64,000 nucleotides of DNA. It comes from Planctomycetota bacterium (GTDB taxonomy: Bacteria; Planctomycetota; UBA11346). Position 1 is the stretch's first letter. Every line of letters begins with the position of its first letter. The translations under genes and the position numbers were made by a program. The DNA lies in NCBI GenBank assembly GCA_038231435.1, contig JBBRLJ010000029.1, positions 1 to 64,000 on the forward strand, given 5' to 3'. A model generated the notes under the pieces. That model searched no databases. It was not told where the DNA came from and saw nothing but the letters and a program-made list of their open reading frames with translations. Positions 57,474-64,000 of the stretch are shown here, piece by piece.

Positions 57474-60080
57474 ATGGTGGGGCGTTGCCTGGATCGCGGG
57501 ATCCTCTCTACTGCCGGCGTGCCGGCTCCCGTGAATACCCGCGTCTACCTCCTGAGTCTTGCGCTGCACGAACGGAGGACGATCGCCTGGATTTCCCTCT
57601 GCTGCTGGCTGGCCATCGCGAGTTCGCTGGCGGCGGCCGAGCCGGCACTCGATCTGTCCGAGGCCGAGCGCGGTTGGGTCGCCGCGCATCCGGTGATCCG
57701 GATCCAGATGAGCGACTGCTCGCCCCCCTTCGAATTCCGCGAGGACGGTGTCTGGAAGGGACTCGCCTTCGACTACCTGGTCGAAGCCGGGCGGAGGCTC
57801 GGGATGCGCATCGAGCCAACGGGGATCTCGTGGGCCAACGCGCTCGAGCACATCCAGGGTCCGGGAGCGAAGGACGTCGACCTGCTGCTCGCGGTCACGC
57901 GCGGAACCGAACGCGAGCAGCAGATGCTGCTCACGCGCAGCTACGTCGCATTCCCGCAGGTCATCTTCGCGTCGAAACAGCATCCGTTCATCGCCGGCCT
58001 CAAGGATCTCGCCTCCAGCAGGATCGCGATCGAGGACGAATACGTGATGCAGGACTGGCTCAAGCGCGACCTGCCCCAGGCGCATTTCACCGTCGTCCGC
58101 GACACCGGAGCCTGCCTCGTGGCACTGTCGTCTGGGCAGGTAGACGCGTACGTGGGCAATCTCGCGGTCGCTAGCTTCCTCATCGAGAAGCTCGGCCTGG
58201 TCAACATCGAGGTCGTCGCGCCTTCGGGCTACGGCGACGAGGAGTTCTCGATGGGCGTGCGCAAGGACTGGCCCGAGCTGGTCGTGGCTCTCGACGCGGC
58301 CATCGCCTCGATACCGCCAGAGCAGCAGCAGGCGATGCGCCAACGCTGGCTGTCGGTACGCTACGAGCACGGCCTGCGCACCGCCGACATCGTCAAGTGG
58401 GTGGTGATCGTCGCGCTGGTGGCGCTGGTGTTCATCGTCCAGTTGCGGCGCATGGTCAATCGCCGCACCGCCGAGCTCAAGCGCGAGGTCGAGCTGCGCC
58501 GCGCGCAGGAGGCGCACCTGTCGGAGGCCCAACGCATCGGCGGGCTGGGTAGCTGGACGCGAGACATGGCGAGCGGCGCGATCACGTGGTCGGACGAGAC
58601 CTACCGCATCTTCGGCTGGCCGCCCGGGCAGGCGTTGACCCTCGAGCGCTTCCTGGCCGTCGTCCATCCGGACGACCTCGAGGCACTGCGCGCGCACCAA
58701 TCCCGTGCGGCCACTGGTCAGCCGTTCGAGGCCGAGTACCGCATCATCCGCCCCGACGGCGCGCTGCGCCACCTGCTCGAACGCTGCCGCTGCGTGACGG
58801 GAGCAGACGGGCGCATCGTGAGGCTCGAAGGCATCGCGCTCGACATCACCGAGCGCAAGCGCGCCGAGGACGAGCGCGCGAGGCTCGAGCGCAGCATGCG
58901 CCATACCGAGAAGCTGCGCCTCATCGGCCAGCTCGCGAGCGGCATCGCCCACGACTTCAACAACCAGCTCGCCGGCATCACCGGCTACGCCGACCTGCTC
59001 AAGCGCGCGATGGCGAACGCCCCCGGCTACGGCGAGCCGCAGCCGCGCTACGTGGACAGCATCCTGTTGGCCGCCGAGCGCGCCGCGGCGATCACCGCGC
59101 AGCTGCGCATCTTCTCGCGCAGCGAGGAGCTGGTCCGCGGTCCGCTCGATCTCCACGGTCTTATCCGCGAATCGGTCGAGCTCGCGACCCACGGCAGCGG
59201 CGGCGCCATGGCGGTCGAGCTGTCGCTGCGGGCCGAGCCGAGCACGGTCCTCGGCGACGCCGCGCAGATCCAGACCGCGCTGGTCAATCTCGCGCTGAAC
59301 GCGCGCGACGCGATGCCTGGAGGTGGCCAGCTCGCGATCTCGACCAGGAACGTCCACCTCCATGCCCCGATCCCCGGGGGGCACCATGTCGATTTCCGTC
59401 CTGGTCCGTTCATCGAGGCCGCGATCGCCGACGCTGGTACCGGCATGGACGACAAGGTGCTCGCCATGCTGTTCGAGCCCTTCTTCACCACCAAGGAGGT
59501 CGGCAAGGGCACCGGCCTCGGCCTGGCCAACGTCTATAGCTGCATGAAGAATCATGGCGGAGCGATCGTGGTCGAGAGCCAGCCGGGCGTGGGATCGACT
59601 TTCCGCCTCTACTTCCCGGCCGAGTTCGCAGAGGCCGCGGCACAAGCCGCGCCGCCCAACGCCCCGGTGCGCGGGCACGGATCCATCCTGCTCGTCGATG
59701 ATGACGCCACGCTGCGCAAGGTCACTTCCGAGATGCTCGAGCAGCTCGGGTACACGGTCACCACCGCTGCTGGCGGCCATGAAGCGGCCGACCTCGTAGC
59801 CGCCCGCCCCGGCGCCTTCCAGCTCGCCATCATCGACATGATCATGCCGGGCCTGGATGGCCGAGAGAGCATCGCGCTCATCCGCCGCCATGACCCGCAC
59901 ATGCGCATCGTGATCTGCTCGGGCTCATTCCGGAACGAGCCCGCGTACCGGATTCCCGAAGCCGACGCGTTCCTGCAGAAGCCGTTCATGCTCGCGCCGC
60001 TATCGCGGCTGGTGGCTGAGATGCTCGGCCGGGCGGACGCAACGCGAGCAGGCGGTACTGACCATCCCGATCGCGCCTAG
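57474..60080 (+). CDS. Hybrid sensor kinase: periplasmic solute-binding domain, TM, PAS, HisKA, HATPase, REC
   Basis: PPFEF, GLAFDY, GQVDAYVG, MGVRKDWPEL; GIAHDFNN; NLALNARDAM; GKGTGLGL; LLVDDD, IIDMIMP, KPF; start uncertain. Confidence 0.93.
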   Translation: MVGRCLDRGILSTAGVPAPVNTRVYLLSLALHERRTIAWISLCCWLAIASSLAAAEPALDLSEAERGWVAAHPVIRIQMSDCSPPFEFREDGVWKGLAFDYLVEAGRRLGMRIEPTGISWANALEHIQGPGAKDVDLLLAVTRGTEREQQMLLTRSYVAFPQVIFASKQHPFIAGLKDLASSRIAIEDEYVMQDWLKRDLPQAHFTVVRDTGACLVALSSGQVDAYVGNLAVASFLIEKLGLVNIEVVAPSGYGDEEFSMGVRKDWPELVVALDAAIASIPPEQQQAMRQRWLSVRYEHGLRTADIVKWVVIVALVALVFIVQLRRMVNRRTAELKREVELRRAQEAHLSEAQRIGGLGSWTRDMASGAITWSDETYRIFGWPPGQALTLERFLAVVHPDDLEALRAHQSRAATGQPFEAEYRIIRPDGALRHLLERCRCVTGADGRIVRLEGIALDITERKRAEDERARLERSMRHTEKLRLIGQLASGIAHDFNNQLAGITGYADLLKRAMANAPGYGEPQPRYVDSILLAAERAAAITAQLRIFSRSEELVRGPLDLHGLIRESVELATHGSGGAMAVELSLRAEPSTVLGDAAQIQTALVNLALNARDAMPGGGQLAISTRNVHLHAPIPGGHHVDFRPGPFIEAAIADAGTGMDDKVLAMLFEPFFTTKEVGKGTGLGLANVYSCMKNHGGAIVVESQPGVGSTFRLYFPAEFAEAAAQAAPPNAPVRGHGSILLVDDDATLRKVTSEMLEQLGYTVTTAAGGHEAADLVAARPGAFQLAIIDMIMPGLDGRESIALIRRHDPHMRIVICSGSFRNEPAYRIPEADAFLQKPFMLAPLSRLVAEMLGRADATRAGGTDHPDRA

Positions 60081-60102
60081 CGCGGTCGCTCATCCCAGCG
60101 AC

Positions 60103-61014
60103 TCATCCCGGTAATGCCGGTCGGCGCTCGATGAGGGCCTCTGGGCCCTCCCCGCCGCTGCGCGCGCGCCGCTGGAACTCGCGCGGCGAGATGCCGAGGA
60201 AGCGGCGGAACTGCGCCGAGAACGCGTAGGGATCCGGATATCCGAGCATGCGCGCGGTGGCCGCGACCGTGCTGGTGGTGAGCGAGAGCTGGGCCGACTC
60301 GAGACGGCGGCGGATGCGGTAGTCGGCGGGCGCATAACCTATCTCTGCGGTGAAGCGCTTGCGGAAGGCGGCGTACGAGACCCCGAGACGGCGAGCGATC
60401 GCCGAGACGCGCACGCGCTCGTCGAGATTGTGCTCGAGCAGCAGGCAGCCGTCCTCGAGCGCCTTGGTCCAGCGATCGACCACGCGGTTGCGGCGCGCAC
60501 GGTCATAGAGCCCGGCGACGAACGAGACCGCGGCGAGCAGCACGTGGCGCGAAGACAGCTGCGGCTCGGGCGTGCGCACCAGGGTCACCAGGTGCCGGAA
60601 CTCGTCGAGGATCACCGCGTCGACGCCGATGTCGTGCACCGGGGTCGACGATAGCGCGCCGGCGCTCACCAGGCTCGTCCCGGTTGCGGCGTCGAAGACC
60701 ACGAAGCACTCGGCGTAGTCGCTCGCAGGATCGAACCAGGTCGCGTGCGTCGGCCCAGGATACCGGTGGAAGAGCACACCTGGGCGCAGCTCGTGCGTCT
60801 TCCCCTGGGCATCGATGTAGCGCCCGCCGCCACGCAGGACCAGGTTCACGCCGAACATCGCCGCGCCGTGCGTGTAGCGCTCGACGCGCTTGCCGTATTC
60901 CTTGGCCTGGACCACCAGCACCTTGGGAGCGCCATCGAGGCGCAGGTCGCGCGTGGCCTTCAGCTCGAGGAATGGTCTACGCAGGTCGAATTGGCCGGGC
61001 ATCTTGGCGCCCAT
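60103..61014 (-). CDS. AraC-family transcriptional regulator, divergent from a PhyH-like gene
   Basis: IARRLGVSYAAFRKRF...LGYPDPYAFSAQFRRFLGISP; start uncertain (61002, 61014 or 61086). Confidence 0.9.
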   Translation of the reverse strand: MGAKMPGQFDLRRPFLELKATRDLRLDGAPKVLVVQAKEYGKRVERYTHGAAMFGVNLVLRGGGRYIDAQGKTHELRPGVLFHRYPGPTHATWFDPASDYAECFVVFDAATGTSLVSAGALSSTPVHDIGVDAVILDEFRHLVTLVRTPEPQLSSRHVLLAAVSFVAGLYDRARRNRVVDRWTKALEDGCLLLEHNLDERVRVSAIARRLGVSYAAFRKRFTAEIGYAPADYRIRRRLESAQLSLTTSTVAATARMLGYPDPYAFSAQFRRFLGISPREFQRRARSGGEGPEALIERRPALPG

Positions 61015-61141
61015 CGTATCATTTATCACATCTTTTGTCCATCCCCGCCATGGCTCGTTCGCTGGCAACGTGGTAGAGTCCGTCATCAGCATCCAAACCA
61101 CTCACAGCCACGTGTCAGATCATGCATCCCAGGAGCCAGCC

Positions 61142-61945
61142 ATGGACGATCACGAACGCTACCTCTTCGACCTCAATGGCTATATCACCGTGCCGGACGC
61201 GCTCGATGCCGGGCAAGTCGCGCGGGTGAATGAGCTCATCGATCGCCATATCGCCGAGCACGACGACCCGGCCGCGCCGCAGCTCGCGTTCAGTTCCGTC
61301 CACGCCTGGCGTGGCGCCATGACCCCGCTGATCGACAATGAACGCATCCTGCCATACCTCGACGCGCTGTTCTCGCCCCCGCCCTTCGCCGGCCCCGAGC
61401 GCGGGCCGTTCTTCCGTCTCGACCACACCTACTCCATGGTGCTGCGGCCCCAGGCGCATGACGTCGGCGCCTTCGTCCTGCATGGCGGAGGCACGCCGTT
61501 CGATCCGGGTCAATTCTACCGCGTCAGCGAGGGCCGGCTCTACAACGGCCTGGTGGTCGTCGCCTACAACCTCGCCGACGTCGGCGAGGACGACGGCGGC
61601 TTCGGCTGCGTTCCCGGAAGCCACAAGTCAAACTTCAGGCTGCCATCGGACTGGAGCGATTTGCGTCGCCCGAACCCGATCGCGCGCGCGGTGACCGGAC
61701 GGGCTGGCTCCGCCGTGATCTTCACCGAGGCGCTGACCCACGGCACGCTGCCTTGGCGCGGCAGCCACGAGCGGCGCACGGTGTTTTTCAAGTACGACGC
61801 CTACTGCACGGCCTTCAGCGGCTCCTACCCGGGGCAGGCCACCGCCGACTGGCCTGAGCTGAGCGAGCGCCAGCGCGCCATCCTCGAACCGCCCAACTCC
61901 CGCAACGCGGTGCGCCCGTGGCGGCGCGAGGCGCAGCCGGCCTGA
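61142..61945 (+). CDS. PhyH-like Fe(II)/2OG-fold oxygenase with HGG in place of HxD
   Basis: RBS AGGAG; YLFDLNGY, LHGGG, GGFGCVPGSHK, IFTEALTHGT, ERR. Confidence 0.85.
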   Translation: MDDHERYLFDLNGYITVPDALDAGQVARVNELIDRHIAEHDDPAAPQLAFSSVHAWRGAMTPLIDNERILPYLDALFSPPPFAGPERGPFFRLDHTYSMVLRPQAHDVGAFVLHGGGTPFDPGQFYRVSEGRLYNGLVVVAYNLADVGEDDGGFGCVPGSHKSNFRLPSDWSDLRRPNPIARAVTGRAGSAVIFTEALTHGTLPWRGSHERRTVFFKYDAYCTAFSGSYPGQATADWPELSERQRAILEPPNSRNAVRPWRREAQPA

Positions 61946-62220
61946 TGGACGGACGGCGATCCATGGTCGCTGATAATGAGCTGTCGTGGCTGACCCGAGC
62001 GATGCCCTGGATGCGCTGAGCGCCCTCGGCCATCGGCGAGTGTCGACCAGGTGCCTGGAGACGAACGGAAGGCGGGAAGGCCTGGAAAGGCCTGGGCTGG
62101 AGTAGGCTCGGCTCACCCATCCAGGCCCGAGCACGCGCCCACATCAACACGCACTATCGAGCATCACCGTGCATTGCCCCCCTCACGTTCTCGGGGTATG
62201 CAAGGAAGGGCGCCCGCGCG

Positions 62221-64000
62221 ATGACCGTCGATCCATCCCGAGGCCCGCCGCTGGCGAAGGACGACCCCACGTTGCCGCTCCCTCCTGGGCCTGTTCCGCC
62301 GCTGGCCTCGGGGGCGGCGCCTGGCGAGGCTGAGACCCTGCCACCCGAACGCGACCACGACCATGACTCGGATCCCGCGACGGTGGCGACGGGCGCGGGC
62401 TCGGCGCCGCGCCCGAAGACGCGCGTGCTCGGTCCCTATACCCTGCTGCGCTTGCTTGGCCGCGGCGGCATGGGCGCGGTGTGGGAGGCGGTGGACTTCC
62501 GCCTCGACCGCCGCGTCGCGCTCAAGGAGATGCTGGCCGAGACCTCGCCCGAGGGCGTCGAACGTTTCCGTCGCGAGGCGCTGAACTCGGCGCGGCTACG
62601 ACATCCCAACATCGTCGCGGTGCATGACGTCGGCTCGGACGACGGGCGGCAGTACCTGGTGATGGACCTGGTCCAGGGTGTGACCCTGGGCGAGGCGCTG
62701 CGCGCTGGTCGCTGGAGCTACCGCGACAAGGCCGCGCTCCTCGAGAAGATCTGCCGCGCCGTGCAGTACGCGCACGAGCAGGGCGTGGTCCACCGTGATC
62801 TCAAACCCGCCAACATCATGCTCGATCGCTCGCGCGCATCGCCTGCTCTCGCCGACGAGGGGCCCACGGTCACCCACCCGATCGGCGAGCCGGTGGTCAT
62901 GGACTTCGGTCTGGCCAAGGACACCACCAGCGATTCGACCTTGAGCCGGAGCGGCCAGGCGATGGGCACGCCCTCGTACATGCCGCCCGAACAGGCCGAG
63001 GGCCGACTCGACGAGGTCAGTCCGCGCTCCGACGTCTACAGCCTCGGCGCCATCCTCTACGAGATGCTCACCGGGCGCCCGCCCTTCACCGGCGAAAGCG
63101 TGATGCAGGTGCTCAGGGCGGTGCTGCACGACGATCCCGTGCCGCCCAGCCGGATCAGCCCCGATGTCAGCCGTGACCTCGAGACCATCTGCCTGACCTG
63201 CCTGACGAAGGTGCCCGAGCGACGCTACGCCTCGGCGGCCGCGCTCGCCGACGATCTGCGCGCCTGGCTCTCTGGCGACTCGATCAGCGCGCGACCGGCG
63301 ACCTGGGTCGAACGCGGAATCAAGCGGGCACGGCGGCACCGCGCGGCCTATGCGACCGCGGCCGCGGCGATCGCCATCCTCATCGGCAGCTCAGGCGCCT
63401 TCGTGTGGAAGTTGAGCGCAGAACGCGACGCCGCGCTGCGATCCGAGGAGCGTGCGCGTGAGGCGCTGACCGAGAGCAACGCCTCCCGCGCCCAGGCGTC
63501 CCGGGCCGAACGCGTGCGTCGCGACGAGGAGGCGCGGCGACGAGCGCTCGAAGCCGAGGCCGAGGCGGCGTCGCGGCGCGAGTGGCGGCTCGTGCTCGCC
63601 GATGATTTCTCGGATCCGGCCGCCACCGCACGAGCGTGGCGGTTGTCCAGCGATACGGCGACAGTCGCCAACGGCGTCCTACGCACCACCGCCTCGGCGC
63701 CGTGCGTCCTGATCCTGCGCCAGCGCATCTCTGGCGATGTGCGCCTCGAGTGGGACTGTCGCTTCGAGGGTCAGGACCTGGACGATCTCAGCTGTTTCCT
63801 ATCCGCGGACGACACCGCGCCTGAGACCCGCATGCCGAGCTCCGGCTACGAGCTCAAATGCGGAGCCTACGGCGACACCAAGGACATGCTGCTGCGCGCG
63901 GGCGCCGAATTATTCGTTGCCGCGCGGCACAGCCTCGAATCGGGACATACCTACCATGCGCGCGCGGAGCGTCTGGGTCGCCACGTGAGCCTGGTGGTCG
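62221..64000 (+). CDS. Hanks-type Ser/Thr protein kinase with TM and C-terminal beta-sandwich domain; runs off the window end
   Basis: Read by hand from ATG 62221: LGRGGMGAVW, VALK, HPNIV, HRDLKPANI, DFGLAK, GTPSYMPPEQ, DVYSLG; TM AAAAIAILIGSSGAFVW; no stop before 64000, so missing from the ORF track. Confidence 0.93.
   Translation, partial: MTVDPSRGPPLAKDDPTLPLPPGPVPPLASGAAPGEAETLPPERDHDHDSDPATVATGAGSAPRPKTRVLGPYTLLRLLGRGGMGAVWEAVDFRLDRRVALKEMLAETSPEGVERFRREALNSARLRHPNIVAVHDVGSDDGRQYLVMDLVQGVTLGEALRAGRWSYRDKAALLEKICRAVQYAHEQGVVHRDLKPANIMLDRSRASPALADEGPTVTHPIGEPVVMDFGLAKDTTSDSTLSRSGQAMGTPSYMPPEQAEGRLDEVSPRSDVYSLGAILYEMLTGRPPFTGESVMQVLRAVLHDDPVPPSRISPDVSRDLETICLTCLTKVPERRYASAAALADDLRAWLSGDSISARPATWVERGIKRARRHRAAYATAAAAIAILIGSSGAFVWKLSAERDAALRSEERAREALTESNASRAQASRAERVRRDEEARRRALEAEAEAASRREWRLVLADDFSDPAATARAWRLSSDTATVANGVLRTTASAPCVLILRQRISGDVRLEWDCRFEGQDLDDLSCFLSADDTAPETRMPSSGYELKCGAYGDTKDMLLRAGAELFVAARHSLESGHTYHARAERLGRHVSLVV

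Noticed and set aside
57438..59900. 820-aa minus-strand ORF
   Set aside because: Antisense shadow of the hybrid kinase with no motifs; long shadow ORFs are expected at high GC
62596..63339. Minus-strand 247-aa ORF near the window end
   Set aside because: Shadow of the plus-strand Ser/Thr kinase, which the track missed because it has no stop in the window
1..64000. tRNA, rRNA, riboswitch, prophage or defence genes
   Set aside because: None recognised by eye; a covariance-model scan would be needed to exclude small RNAs

Overview
High-GC bacterial chromosomal segment with about 47 densely packed CDSs. I saw no rRNA, tRNA, CRISPR array, transposase or phage gene. The content suggests a Planctomycetota/PVC-type heterotroph (inference): ECF sigma/FecR pairs, a Hanks-type Ser/Thr kinase, a sulfatase, many AraC and PhyH-type dioxygenase genes, and secreted esterases and glycoside hydrolases. 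Main observations: (1) an unrecognised ~270-aa secreted domain ('WTSxDAAGLP' domain) occurs twice intact downstream of one ECF sigma/anti-sigma pair, and once, degenerate, as the C-terminal domain of a second anti-sigma factor; (2) a 164-bp inverted-repeat element built of nested hairpins with compensatory substitutions, plus a partial copy elsewhere; (3) a small divergent ACP-ketosynthase / reductase-DedA cluster; (4) a PhyH-like oxygenase with HGG in place of HxD; (5) three AraC+PhyH modules; (6) a 32-aa basic microprotein and a kinase that runs off the window, both absent from the ORF track. All family calls come from motif recognition by eye. No database searches were run, and many start codons were reassigned manually.
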